Source: an uncultured Gammaproteobacteria bacterium (lineage in GTDB: Bacteria > Patescibacteriota > Microgenomatia > UBA1406 > HO2-37-13b). Taken from it: a stretch of 64,000 nucleotides of DNA. Every line of letters begins with the position of its first letter. Position 1 is the first letter of the stretch. This document shows positions 10,413 through 20,587 of the stretch, in pieces. A program made the position numbers and the translations under genes. Location: assembly GCA_964612595.1 (NCBI GenBank), contig CAZTFB010000001.1, positions 387,058 through 451,057 on the forward strand, read 5' to 3'. The notes below the pieces were generated by a model, which made no database searches, was not told where the DNA came from, and worked only from the letters and a program-made list of their open reading frames with translations.

Positions 10413-12221
10413 TTGACCATGGTTATGCTAACTCTTAAAAAAATTCTGAACAGACACTCATCTGCGATATATCTAATAGTTGTATTCATTATAGCAGTCT
10501 CAACGCTAATTCCTATCTTTTCTCATTCATACTTTACTATGCATGACGATCAGCACGTTGCAAGACTATATTTACTTGATCAAGCAATCAATCAAGGCAC
10601 ACTTTACCCACGTTGGGTGGATCAACTCGGTTTTGGTTATGGGTACCCACTGTTCAACTTCTATCCCCCACTCATATATTATGTAGCTGAGCTTTTTCGT
10701 TCTGTTGGTTTCGGCTACATATTATCGATAAAACTTATGTTGGTTGTTGGGAGTATAGTTGGCTCACTTGGCGTTTATCTGTTTACTAAAAAAATATATG
10801 GCTCACTTTCTGGGCTTGTTGCATCAATGTTGTTTACCTTCTTAAGCTATCGAGCTATTACGATATACGTGCGAGGAGCATTTGCTGAATATTGGGCACT
10901 GTCGCTAGTCCCGTGGATGCTTCTAGCTCTATTTAATTTATATCGATCTCCAACTCATAAAAACACGCTACTTGCAGGTTGTTCTTTTGCGCTTATTGTA
11001 CTTGCCCATCCCTTTATTGCAATTCCCAGTTCGTTTTTGGTTGTGATGTTTGTATCGCTGCTTTATATGCTCACTAAAAAAGAGCACCGTTCAATATTTT
11101 TACGCGCGACATTACTTTCAGGCGTAATAGCCCTCGCACTAAGTGCAATTTTTTGGTTACCTTCGATGATTGAACGAAAATACACTCTCGTTGATACAAT
11201 ACTCCTTAGAGAGTTGGCATCATATGCAATCCACTTTGTATATCCTCAACAGCTCTGGTTTTCTCCTTGGGGCTTCGGAGGATCTGTCCAAGGACTTGGG
11301 GATGGAATCTCTTTTCAAATTAATAAACCATATTTAGCAATATTATTGGGAACAGTTGCTGGGTGGTTTTGGTACATAAGCAAAGTAAAAGATAGGTCTA
11401 TAACAAAAATTACCTCTATAACAATATTTACCGCTAGCATGATGGGCATAAGTCTTTTTCTCATGCTTCCCTATAGCGCCTTTATATGGGAACGAATTGC
11501 ATATTTACAGTATCTCCAATTTCCATGGCGCTTCATGGCGTTCTTTGGACTCTTTGCAGCAATATTTTCTGGATCAGTCATCTTTCTAATTGGAGTTATA
11601 CCAGGATTGTCTGAGAACATTAGATGGAGAATTCAATTTTTTATTACAGGGATGATATTCCTCCTTATTTTTGGTGTACAGACGAAATATTTTAAACCCC
11701 AGCAATATATTAATTCGACAGATGTGGAGCGCACAAGCTATCATGAGATCGCTTGGCGAATAAGTAAAAGTTCATTTGAATTTGTACCTAAAGGAGTAAG
11801 AACAAAAAAAACAATATACAATACAACAACACTCGATATTGAAGAGAAAGAAGTTGCAGAAAGAACCCATACCATTATTGCTGGAACAGCAACTGTAGAT
11901 GTGGCCTCAAAACGATTCGACTATAAGCGATTTACCTCTGATGCGTCAACTCCATACTTCCTTCAGATGCATACATTTAATTTTCCAGGCTGGAAAGCAT
12001 ATATTGATGGTGTTGAGACAACTATTGATGATACAAACGACTTTAAATTAATTCGGGTTAATGTGCCAAAAGGCAAACATATTGTTGAAATACGCTATCA
12101 CTCAACAATGGTACAAAAGATAGCGACGGGCATCTCGATAATAGCTTGGGTATATTTCTTTTCAGTTATGTACTTATCATTGAGTAAGCCTCACGGGATC
12201 AGGCAGAAGTCTGAAGACTGA
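10413..12221 (+). CDS. Large polytopic membrane protein, GT-C-like (family often annotated as PTPS-related membrane protein)
   Basis: N-terminal HDDQHVARLYLLDQAINQGTLYPRWVDQLGFGYGYPLFNFYPPL followed by more than 10 TM helices and a soluble beta-rich C-terminus. Family assignment is from memory of the motif. Confidence 0.5.
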   Translation: MTMVMLTLKKILNRHSSAIYLIVVFIIAVSTLIPIFSHSYFTMHDDQHVARLYLLDQAINQGTLYPRWVDQLGFGYGYPLFNFYPPLIYYVAELFRSVGFGYILSIKLMLVVGSIVGSLGVYLFTKKIYGSLSGLVASMLFTFLSYRAITIYVRGAFAEYWALSLVPWMLLALFNLYRSPTHKNTLLAGCSFALIVLAHPFIAIPSSFLVVMFVSLLYMLTKKEHRSIFLRATLLSGVIALALSAIFWLPSMIERKYTLVDTILLRELASYAIHFVYPQQLWFSPWGFGGSVQGLGDGISFQINKPYLAILLGTVAGWFWYISKVKDRSITKITSITIFTASMMGISLFLMLPYSAFIWERIAYLQYLQFPWRFMAFFGLFAAIFSGSVIFLIGVIPGLSENIRWRIQFFITGMIFLLIFGVQTKYFKPQQYINSTDVERTSYHEIAWRISKSSFEFVPKGVRTKKTIYNTTTLDIEEKEVAERTHTIIAGTATVDVASKRFDYKRFTSDASTPYFLQMHTFNFPGWKAYIDGVETTIDDTNDFKLIRVNVPKGKHIVEIRYHSTMVQKIATGISIIAWVYFFSVMYLSLSKPHGIRQKSED

Positions 12222-13775
12222 GAGTTCAGATTCGTTACCGGGCTTATCATACTTCTTAATAAGTTCAATTGGCCAATCGCTAGGAAACTCTCTTCGATGA
12301 GCAAAAACGACCAATACCTCTTTATCTACCAGGTCTTTCTGGTGTTGTTCAAGCTGTGCTTTATCGAGTGGCCAGTAAGGTTGAATCCCAATCATATCCC
12401 CAGGTACTAAAAATGTATCAAGCACATCGTGACTCATACCAAAATTGCCTTCGGCAATAATAAGTACTGGCTTTTTTTGTGAAAGTTCACGAGCATACTC
12501 TACAATCTCCTTAGCACCCCATCCTGCTGGCCAACCCTCAAGATACTGTCCTCGATCGACCCTGGGGAAGGGGATCTTCGCATAATCAAACATTATTGTG
12601 TAGTTAAAGTACGCAACAGATAAGAGCACACATCCAAGCACAATATTTCTTTGGGTTGCTGTGCGAAGATGTGCAATTAGATAGGCTGCCGGAATTATCA
12701 ACAAGCCACCAAGGGATAGTACGTATCGTGGGAAAAGCACTCGTGCCACAAGTGAAATAGATAACATAGCAGTCAAAAGCCATAAGGTGAAATACAGTGC
12801 TTCAGTTTTATGTTTTTTATACATAAAGAAAAGGCCGGTTAACCCCAAAGCAGCAACAAGATAGCCCGTCTCAGAAAAAATATAGTAGGGCATATTTACA
12901 ATATTGTGACTAAAATAGTCGAATGGGTTCGATAGCAACTCTTGTCTGGTTAATATAAATGTCTTATTTTTTTCCTCGACAAAATGAAGGAATGGTGAAA
13001 GCCTCTGCACGTTGTAAATTAAGACAGCAAGACCTGCTACCACAATATACAAAACATAAAAACTGATAATCTCTTGAGCTTTCTGCAGAGTGATAGATTT
13101 TTTTGAGAAGTGCGCTTTTATTGCGGCAATAAAACCTTTTACAGAATGAATGGGCTCTGGGAATAGTATAAAAACAACAGCTAGTGCAGAAAGACCTACG
13201 TATAAACGTATTGATGATTTAGCAAGGAGTGCAAAGCCGCTGACAAATCCAAGTATAAGAGCGATATCAAGCCTTCTGGTACGAGCCAATACTATAGAAA
13301 GCAAAAATATCCAGAGAGTCGAAGCATTCACCGCAGCATCAACAAGTGCAATACGATCGTAAAACAAAAAGTACGGTGTGACCACGTATAAAAATCCTGC
13401 AATAAGCGCTGTAAGAGGATTAAAAAGATACCTTGCTAAGGCAATCGTCCCAAGGAGAGCGATAAAACCTGCTGATACTGCAAAAAGCCTACCTGCAAGG
13501 AGAGCGTTATATTCAAATATCTTAAGAAAAGGAATTGTTGCCCATGTCTGTAATGGCTGTCTGCCATCCGTTAGAGAAATAAATCTCCACGTCGCATCTT
13601 TCCATGCAACCTTAGCCCAACGGATATATATACCTTCGTCGGAGAATATGGGAAAACCGTCAAGTTGTACAAGTCGCGTGGAAGCATAAAGGACAAGAAT
13701 CCCAAAAAGTATGAGCCACTGTGTTCGGCTAAAAAGTCTTAAACATTTCTTTGCAAGGTCAAAAATATTTATCAT
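12177..13775 (-). CDS. GT-C fold glycosyltransferase, ArnT/PMT-like
   Basis: First-loop motif FPIFSDEGIYIRWAK, then many TM helices and a soluble C-terminal domain. The 3' end overlaps the convergent gene 10413..12221 by 45 nt. Confidence 0.65.
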   Translation of the reverse strand: MINIFDLAKKCLRLFSRTQWLILFGILVLYASTRLVQLDGFPIFSDEGIYIRWAKVAWKDATWRFISLTDGRQPLQTWATIPFLKIFEYNALLAGRLFAVSAGFIALLGTIALARYLFNPLTALIAGFLYVVTPYFLFYDRIALVDAAVNASTLWIFLLSIVLARTRRLDIALILGFVSGFALLAKSSIRLYVGLSALAVVFILFPEPIHSVKGFIAAIKAHFSKKSITLQKAQEIISFYVLYIVVAGLAVLIYNVQRLSPFLHFVEEKNKTFILTRQELLSNPFDYFSHNIVNMPYYIFSETGYLVAALGLTGLFFMYKKHKTEALYFTLWLLTAMLSISLVARVLFPRYVLSLGGLLIIPAAYLIAHLRTATQRNIVLGCVLLSVAYFNYTIMFDYAKIPFPRVDRGQYLEGWPAGWGAKEIVEYARELSQKKPVLIIAEGNFGMSHDVLDTFLVPGDMIGIQPYWPLDKAQLEQHQKDLVDKEVLVVFAHRREFPSDWPIELIKKYDKPGNESELSVFRLLPDPVRLTQ

Positions 13776-13781
13776 AGGTAA

Positions 13782-15311
13782 TTATAAATTATAGACCTCC
13801 CACTCTCCAAAATAACATGTCGATGCTCTTTTTGCATTATTGAGTAGATCGCTTATTTCTTTAAACTCTGGTTTAGATAGATCATCCTTTGAAATAACAA
13901 GCACATCACTATTGTTATCCTTATCCAATAAGCGTCCAAGTAGCTCATCGACACGATAGTAATGGACCACCGGCTTTTGCGAGTAGTATACAAATGATGG
14001 TGATCCTCCGTACATGAATGATGAAAATGTTTGTAGCTGTGCTGCTTCAACAACATTCCTATTCTTTCGCTCCTGTTCGTTAACCATTATAAGTACCCTG
14101 TCGCCCTTAATCTCAGCAGCACAGCGTGCGACACGCAATTTCTCAGGTGTATCGACAATTGTCTCCAACAAGAATGTTTCTGGTATGAATCTGTATAAAA
14201 AGAATACGGTGATACCCACGAGTAGCATAAGTCTTACCATATCGTGTCGCACCTTCATTAAGAAGTAGGAAACGGTTAGTGAGAAAAAGGGAATTAATAG
14301 AATCAAATACCACCATAGTTTGCTTTTTGCAAAGGTTAAAAGAGCGAAGAACGGTACTGGAGAAAGTAAAATAAGATAGTATGTCCAGTCTGTGGTTTTA
14401 AGAAAGTTCGTAAGTTTTTGCAAGTAATGTGTACTTGTCTGCGTGCGGATTTTCGAGATGATATCCCACGCGATAACAAAATACGACAGGACAATAATAC
14501 CTAGAGTCCACGACAACTCTTTCAGTAAAAATTCTGGGTAAAAAAGTCTACCGCCAAAATGCAATTCGATGGGTACTGTTACTCTCTTGAAAAGCTGATC
14601 TTGGATATGTGCTTTTATAAATACATCACCATATACCACATAATTAAGCACTAACCAGCTTACACCAACAAGAATAATTCCCAGATACCATGGTACTAAG
14701 CGTCTCTTATCTTTTGCGAATAAGAAAGAAAAAATATCAAAAACCATAGGATAAAAACCAGCCATCGATTTTGTCCAGGTACCAAGCGCAACCGATGCAA
14801 GTTTTCCTCTCATCGATGTACCGGCTAAAAAGTATGTTAGCCAACTTAAAGCAAGGATGCTGTCTGTATTAAGCCGAACTGCCCGATCTAGCAATACAGG
14901 TGTCAGCGCGGTTACAAAAACTGGTGAGAAAAATATCAGTTCTTGTTGCCATTCTGGCAGGTTTCTTAGAGTTGATGGAAAGAAATACGATGTTATTCTG
15001 CGCGAAAGCAAATATACGACGCCAAGCAATCCAATAGCTGCCAGTGTCATCATACTTCGTGACGCAAGTTCCTTATGATTTGGAAATAAGGTGAAGGCAA
15101 TAGCGGTTAATGCACTTGTCATCGGTGGTTTATCAAGCCACGGTTCTCCATTAAACCTCGGTAAAAAATATGCGTTTCTCTCTTTAATGTCTGACGCGAC
15201 CTCAGCATAAATACCCTCATCCCAATCGCTAAAGAGTGCATTCTGAAAATGAAAAACGCGCACAAATAATCCCAGTGCAATAAACCCAAAAATGATATAT
15301 CTAATTTTCAT
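13782..15311 (-). CDS. GT-C fold glycosyltransferase, ArnT/PMT-like
   Basis: FSDWDEGIYAEVASDI...PWLDKPP motifs, which are ArnT-type, in a polytopic protein. Confidence 0.7.
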   Translation of the reverse strand: MKIRYIIFGFIALGLFVRVFHFQNALFSDWDEGIYAEVASDIKERNAYFLPRFNGEPWLDKPPMTSALTAIAFTLFPNHKELASRSMMTLAAIGLLGVVYLLSRRITSYFFPSTLRNLPEWQQELIFFSPVFVTALTPVLLDRAVRLNTDSILALSWLTYFLAGTSMRGKLASVALGTWTKSMAGFYPMVFDIFSFLFAKDKRRLVPWYLGIILVGVSWLVLNYVVYGDVFIKAHIQDQLFKRVTVPIELHFGGRLFYPEFLLKELSWTLGIIVLSYFVIAWDIISKIRTQTSTHYLQKLTNFLKTTDWTYYLILLSPVPFFALLTFAKSKLWWYLILLIPFFSLTVSYFLMKVRHDMVRLMLLVGITVFFLYRFIPETFLLETIVDTPEKLRVARCAAEIKGDRVLIMVNEQERKNRNVVEAAQLQTFSSFMYGGSPSFVYYSQKPVVHYYRVDELLGRLLDKDNNSDVLVISKDDLSKPEFKEISDLLNNAKRASTCYFGEWEVYNL

Positions 15312-16060
15312 GCGTATTTTCCTTGCAAATCATTTAATCTAATCTCAAAAACATCTTTTAATGTCTCAATTGAGTCTTTAATAAGACTTACATTCTTGGA
15401 TTCCGCATGTCTCCATACTACTGGCACTTCCAAGATAGTATACCCTAGCTTTCGCGCAAGAAACAGGAATTCTAAGTCAAATGCTGCAGAAACTGATGAA
15501 CCACTTACGTGATGGTTTTTCGCAAACACCCTCTGTTTGGCGATAATTTTTAAGGCAGCATCCTTTCTAAAGCCCTTAAACCCGCATTGGGTATCTTCGA
15601 TGCCGTTCAAACCAATTATCAAATTGCGCACAAAGGTAAATCCCATTGATTGCAACTTGCGAGTAAACGGAGCTCCCTGTCTCTTTTGAGCACGAGAACC
15701 GATGACAACATCGTTTCCTTCTTCGAGCCCTTTAAAAATCTTGCTCGACTCTTCCAGTGGTGTTGCTAAATCCATATCAGAGAACATGACAAAAGGAAAC
15801 TTTGCTTCTTCGATACCCTTCATAACTGCTAAAGCTTTCCCTTGATGTGGATTTTCGATAAGACGAAATTTCGAAAACAAAGAAAGGTACTTTTCCTTAA
15901 TTATATTTTTTGTACTATCATCAGATCCATCATCAACAATGATGACTTCCTTAATATATTCGTTATCTTTCGTAAAATTACCAACTCTATCGAGAACTCC
16001 TTTCTGAATATTAACCTCTTCATTAAAACATGGAATTACCAACGTTGCTTGCATCTTCAA
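15308..16060 (-). CDS. GT2 polyprenol-phosphate glycosyltransferase (dolichyl-phosphate beta-glucosyltransferase-like)
   Basis: LVIPCFNEE...IIVDDGSDDST...SDMDLATP...GSRA...TQCGFKGF is the ALG5/DPM1-type soluble GT2 core. Confidence 0.8.
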   Translation of the reverse strand: MKMQATLVIPCFNEEVNIQKGVLDRVGNFTKDNEYIKEVIIVDDGSDDSTKNIIKEKYLSLFSKFRLIENPHQGKALAVMKGIEEAKFPFVMFSDMDLATPLEESSKIFKGLEEGNDVVIGSRAQKRQGAPFTRKLQSMGFTFVRNLIIGLNGIEDTQCGFKGFRKDAALKIIAKQRVFAKNHHVSGSSVSAAFDLEFLFLARKLGYTILEVPVVWRHAESKNVSLIKDSIETLKDVFEIRLNDLQGKYA

Positions 16061-17505
16061 TGTACTAATTTATAAACATAGACATGATCTGAAATAAAGC
16101 TGGTCTCGACAGATCGTGCCTTAAAAAACGCCACATCCCATTGTGGGTTTCCAATAGGTTCGCATCCCCTCTCGCACAGTACAATCATCTCATCTGCTGG
16201 ATCAAGGGTCAAATTATTTACAGGGACCTTACCCCACGCCTCTAAAAAATATCCGTACGCACTGTACCCAAAAGAGTCTGGTATAGCAGTAAGACGATAC
16301 GCATCTTTTGTAATCAAGGGAAAGATTTTTTCTGCTGTTTTCTCTGCGTGGGCAATTTGCCTATTTGGTTCTACTTTTAAAAATTGATAGTGAGTTCCCT
16401 GGGTATAGATATACAGTCCTGCCATAAGGAGTATTGCACCTGTAGCTACATATGTTGTCTTTATCATTCCTATTATTCGCATAAGAACAATGGAGACAAT
16501 GAGGTAGTACAGAGGGTACAGAATGCCGAAATAGTGAGGGAACTTATTGGCAGTCATAAAAGACGTAATAACAAGAGAAAACATAAAGATTGTTAGAATA
16601 ATTCTATATGAATTGTCTTTCCACAATTTATATGTATAGAGCATTCCAATAAGACATATTGCTACGACTACAACGTGAAGAGGCAATGAAAAGGCAAAAA
16701 TATTCAACGACACAAAACCATCAATCACAGAACTTATAGAAGCTGCACCAGTAGAACCTGGGCTGTTAAACAACGTAATAAAATTCTTAATGTTGAGGAA
16801 TTGATGTCGCAGATCAAAAAAGATAAGCGGAATGTTAACAACAATAAATGCCAAAACAGCTAAACACATATTTAGAATGAATGGTTTCGCTTTCTTCCGA
16901 TGAAGATACAACTGTCCCAAGCCAACAACAAGAAATGCGAATAGTAGAGAGAACATAACATAATGCAACTGAAATGCGAATCCTGCAAACAATCCTGTGA
17001 GAATAAAAAACGGGCGAGCTTTTGTGAACACTGCCTTTACAAAAAAATAGACCGCAATGAAGCTAAACATAGGCAAAATGTTCGGATTCCAAGAAAAACG
17101 GGACAGATCGATGAGTGTTGATGAAAACGAAATAAATGTACTTGTAAGTAATGCTGTTTTCTTATCGAAAAGATCGGCAATCATCAAATATGCCATGACA
17201 ATAAATAAAGATGAGAGAAGTGCTACGCCAACAACAGGACCAATGGGATTCATATGGAACATGGAAAGCCATGGCGCCATAAAATAGTAGTAGAAAGGTC
17301 CAAGATACACCTGTCCAACTGAGGAAGATGGACCGACTGCAGGAAAATGTTCAAATGCAACTATACGCTTCATAATGATTGCATCTCTTCCTTGATCACC
17401 TAAGAAAATTGCGAAGTCATCAAGTCTATATAGGCGAAGAAGCGTACCTAGCAGAAATATAATAAGCAAAATTTGGTATACTTTTTTTTGACCAATTGAA
17501 CTCAT
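16057..17505 (-). CDS. GT-C fold glycosyltransferase, ArnT-like
   Basis: N-terminal loop FLGDQGRDAIIMKRI followed by about 11 TM helices and a C-terminal soluble domain. Confidence 0.6.
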   Translation of the reverse strand: MSSIGQKKVYQILLIIFLLGTLLRLYRLDDFAIFLGDQGRDAIIMKRIVAFEHFPAVGPSSSVGQVYLGPFYYYFMAPWLSMFHMNPIGPVVGVALLSSLFIVMAYLMIADLFDKKTALLTSTFISFSSTLIDLSRFSWNPNILPMFSFIAVYFFVKAVFTKARPFFILTGLFAGFAFQLHYVMFSLLFAFLVVGLGQLYLHRKKAKPFILNMCLAVLAFIVVNIPLIFFDLRHQFLNIKNFITLFNSPGSTGAASISSVIDGFVSLNIFAFSLPLHVVVVAICLIGMLYTYKLWKDNSYRIILTIFMFSLVITSFMTANKFPHYFGILYPLYYLIVSIVLMRIIGMIKTTYVATGAILLMAGLYIYTQGTHYQFLKVEPNRQIAHAEKTAEKIFPLITKDAYRLTAIPDSFGYSAYGYFLEAWGKVPVNNLTLDPADEMIVLCERGCEPIGNPQWDVAFFKARSVETSFISDHVYVYKLVH

Positions 17506-18727
17506 GAAAATATTATACCCTACAAACGTGCGGCCCTACATACTCATTTTTCTTGTAGCATTTGTGTCAACACTTTTTCTATGGCTACCCTTTATATCTA
17601 CAAGTAACTTTGATACGGTTATTCGACACTGGGATGGGCCTCTTTATATTATTCCAGCTAAGACTTTATACAACATTAACGATCCACTGATTCAAGAAAA
17701 TATTCTAGGCTTAAGTGATAAATATTTTGCGGCGCACCTACCAGGATACCCTCTGACGATTCGTGCGCTCGCACCATTGGTCGGGTATCCGAGAGCAACG
17801 GTGACGGCAACGTTATTAGCTACCGTTGCGCTTTTTTGGGCATTTTATTATGTGGTCAAAAAGTTGCGATTAAGTTCTAAACCTTTGTTTTTAACCTTTG
17901 TTTTTATGTTTCTTACACCAAGGTTTTTCGTAGTGAGATCTGTAGGGTCGCCAGAGCCGCTTTTTCTAATGGCGATTATTCTCTCGGTATACTTTTTTAC
18001 AACAAAAAAATATCTTTTCGCTGGCCTCCTGGGGGCTCTGGCGGTCATAACTAAAACACCTGGACTATTGTTGTTCATGGCATATCTTTTGTTTTTTATC
18101 ATTGAGCGTTTACGCCATAAAAAAATACCCGCTGGGGCGTTGTGGATATTATTGATACCAGCGGGGCTATTAGGAGTATTCACCTTGTACTTTGTTCAGT
18201 ACGGCGACTTCTTTGCCTACTTTAACTCAGGTGATAATTTACACCTTGCTTTTCCCCCATATCAAACATTTAATGCAGCTGATCATTGGGTTGGTACTGC
18301 CTGGCTTGAAGATATTCTCTATATTTATATGCTTTACGGTTATACAACTATCGAGCTTATGCGACGATTAGGCTTACATATTTATCGTTCAAAAAATGTG
18401 ATCACTACCTACATCCAGCGTATTAAAGAACGATGGCAGATAATGTTTGGACTTGATGGCTATACGTCAGATCAGGAAAGATTCTATGCGGTTGCGGCCT
18501 GTTTCGCAATAATTTTTTACATCGCAATAGTCTCAGTAATGCACCGTGACATTTCACGATATTCATTGCCACTATTGCCTTTTGCTATCATCACATTTGA
18601 GAAGTTCCTCACGACGAAGAGATTTCAATTTCTCTTGCTCATTCTTATTCCTGCGATTTATATGTATGCATGGAATTTTATGGGAGAAAATGTCATGCCA
18701 AACAGCAACTGGACACCATTTTTATGA
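17504..18727 (+). CDS. Polytopic membrane protein, GT-C mannosyltransferase-like
   Basis: The RHWDGPLYIIPAKTLY motif resembles the WD..Y..IA loop of GPI/PIG-V-type and DUF2029-type mannosyltransferases. Multiple TM helices. Confidence 0.45.
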   Translation: MKILYPTNVRPYILIFLVAFVSTLFLWLPFISTSNFDTVIRHWDGPLYIIPAKTLYNINDPLIQENILGLSDKYFAAHLPGYPLTIRALAPLVGYPRATVTATLLATVALFWAFYYVVKKLRLSSKPLFLTFVFMFLTPRFFVVRSVGSPEPLFLMAIILSVYFFTTKKYLFAGLLGALAVITKTPGLLLFMAYLLFFIIERLRHKKIPAGALWILLIPAGLLGVFTLYFVQYGDFFAYFNSGDNLHLAFPPYQTFNAADHWVGTAWLEDILYIYMLYGYTTIELMRRLGLHIYRSKNVITTYIQRIKERWQIMFGLDGYTSDQERFYAVAACFAIIFYIAIVSVMHRDISRYSLPLLPFAIITFEKFLTTKRFQFLLLILIPAIYMYAWNFMGENVMPNSNWTPFL

Positions 18728-18798
18728 GGCGCGTGCCGGAATCGAACCGGCGCATAGCTGTTTTGCAGACAGCCGTGTTTCCTCTTCACCAACGCGCC
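18727..18798 (-). tRNA. tRNA-Cys: tRNA-Cys (GCA)
   Basis: Reverse complement GGCGCGT TG GTG AAGAGGAAA CAC G GCTGT CTGCAAA ACAGC TATGC GCCGG TTCGATT CCGGC ACGCGCC T. All four stems pair, the anticodon is GCA and the discriminator is U. No CCA is encoded. Confidence 0.9.
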
Positions 18799-18867
18799 GA
18801 GCCTAGACACGATCTTTTTAAGCCGCGGGCTTACCAATTATACCAATAGTTGTGCTAAAATTAGGAG

Positions 18868-19893
18868 ATGAAAAGTATCGTTTTTTATGTCAAAAAACAT
18901 AAATTTCTCATTGTCGGAGCAGTCATTATCTCTCTATTGGGCGGTTACTACTATCAAAATAAGAAAAAGACAGATGCAGCTAAGCTTGAAAAATCTGTTG
19001 AAGTTCAACGCGGTGATTTAAAGGAAACCATCATTCTTTCCGGAGAAGTTAAAGCTAAGGAAAACACCTCGCTGCATTTTCAAACATCCGGGCGACTTGC
19101 TGGACTAAACGTTCAAGAAGGCGATGTGGTAAAGAAAGGACAACTGGTTGCATATCTTGACCAACGGGATCTTAGAAAAAGACTTACCAAAGAATTGAAT
19201 GACTACAAAACAACCCGCTGGGATTTTGATCAAGATATTGACGATGCAAAAGACAAAGCAATTACCACAGCAATGCAGCGTACTATAGATAAGTCACAGT
19301 TTGCACTCGATAATTCTGTCCTCGATGTTGAGATTCAAGCAATTTCTATCGAGTTCGCTAATTTATTTTCACCTATTCAAGGACTTGTTGTCTCGCGCGG
19401 GAACTTCCAGCCCGGCATGAATATTACTGCCGCCGATACTATCGTTGAAATTGTTAATCCCGACTCACTTTATTTCCAGGTAACCGCAGACCAAACCGAA
19501 GTCACCATTATTAACGAAGGTATGCAGGGAGAACTTACTCTCGATGCCTATATTGAAGAAAGTATTACAGGAACCATTTCACACATAAGTTTTAGTCCTG
19601 ACTCAAATGAATCAGGGACGGTATATAGTGTCGAACTTGAATTTAATAATAGCAGCAACCAAAATCTTCGTTATCGACTTGGTATGACGGGCGATGTTGA
19701 ATTTGTATTGAAAGAGAAAAAGAATGCGCTCTACCTTCCATCGGAGTATGTTAAAAGTGATGATCAAGGCTCATACGTTAACATCATGCGTAATAATAAG
19801 ATAGAGAAATCATATGTTACAACGGGCCTTGAAACAGACATATCTACAGAAATTGTAAAGGGACTTAATGAAGGGGAACTTGTCTATGATTAA
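18868..19893 (+). CDS. Efflux periplasmic adaptor (HlyD/MacA-like)
   Basis: N-terminal TM helix, then VEVQRGDLKETIILSGEVKA...SGRLAGLNVQEGDVVKKGQLVAYLD (biotinyl-lipoyl-like hairpin) and a beta-barrel C-terminus. Followed by ABC ATPase and FtsX-type permease genes. Confidence 0.8.
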   Translation: MKSIVFYVKKHKFLIVGAVIISLLGGYYYQNKKKTDAAKLEKSVEVQRGDLKETIILSGEVKAKENTSLHFQTSGRLAGLNVQEGDVVKKGQLVAYLDQRDLRKRLTKELNDYKTTRWDFDQDIDDAKDKAITTAMQRTIDKSQFALDNSVLDVEIQAISIEFANLFSPIQGLVVSRGNFQPGMNITAADTIVEIVNPDSLYFQVTADQTEVTIINEGMQGELTLDAYIEESITGTISHISFSPDSNESGTVYSVELEFNNSSNQNLRYRLGMTGDVEFVLKEKKNALYLPSEYVKSDDQGSYVNIMRNNKIEKSYVTTGLETDISTEIVKGLNEGELVYD

Positions 19894-20587
19894 ACTTGAT
19901 CGTGTCACAAAGACTTTTCTTTTAGGCACTGATGAAATTCAAATTCTTAAAGAAGTATCTTTAGAAATTGGTTCTCAGGAGTATGTCTCTATTCTCGGAC
20001 CTTCCGGATCAGGAAAATCGACCTTGATGTATATACTCGGAATGCTCGATACACCGAGTACTGGCAAATACATTATTAATGACAGAGATACGAGCACAAT
20101 GTCTGATGATGAGATCTCAAAACTCCGCAACTCCTTTATAGGATTTGTTTTTCAACAATTTAATCTGATTAATAAACTTTCTGTTCTGGAAAATATTATG
20201 CTTCCCTCAGTTTACTACAATGGCGTACTCCCCTACGATGCTAAGGAAAAGGCTTGGGAACTTATGAAACGTTTTGGCATTGACCATCGTGCTCAGTCGT
20301 ATCCAAATAAAATATCGGGCGGTGAACAACAGCGCGTTTCAATAGCTCGAGCTTTGATACTGGACCCTCAACTCATTCTTGCGGATGAACCGACAGGAAA
20401 TCTTGATTCAAAGAACGGCGAAATCATTCTTGATCTTATTGACGAACTGCATGCAAGTGATAAAAAAACGGTCATTATTGTGACACACGAAGCAGATGTT
20501 GCAGCAAGAACAAATCGACAAATTGTAATTAGAGATGGACTAGTAGTTTCGGGTAAAGAAAAGGCCACACTCTTAAAAAAGAAATGA
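19886..20587 (+). CDS. ABC transporter ATP-binding protein (MacB/LolD-type)
   Basis: Walker A GPSGSGKST, signature SGGEQQRVSIARAL, Walker B ILADEPTGNLD. Start placed at ATG 19886 (MIKLDRVTK); the track start 19868 is also possible. Confidence 0.9.
   Translation: MIKLDRVTKTFLLGTDEIQILKEVSLEIGSQEYVSILGPSGSGKSTLMYILGMLDTPSTGKYIINDRDTSTMSDDEISKLRNSFIGFVFQQFNLINKLSVLENIMLPSVYYNGVLPYDAKEKAWELMKRFGIDHRAQSYPNKISGGEQQRVSIARALILDPQLILADEPTGNLDSKNGEIILDLIDELHASDKKTVIIVTHEADVAARTNRQIVIRDGLVVSGKEKATLLKKK

Noticed and set aside
12177-12221. 45-nt overlap of the convergent genes 10413..12221 and 12177..13775 as a regulatory antisense feature
   Set aside because: 3'-end overlaps of this size are common in compact genomes. 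No hairpin or conserved element is evident, so there is nothing to support a specific function.
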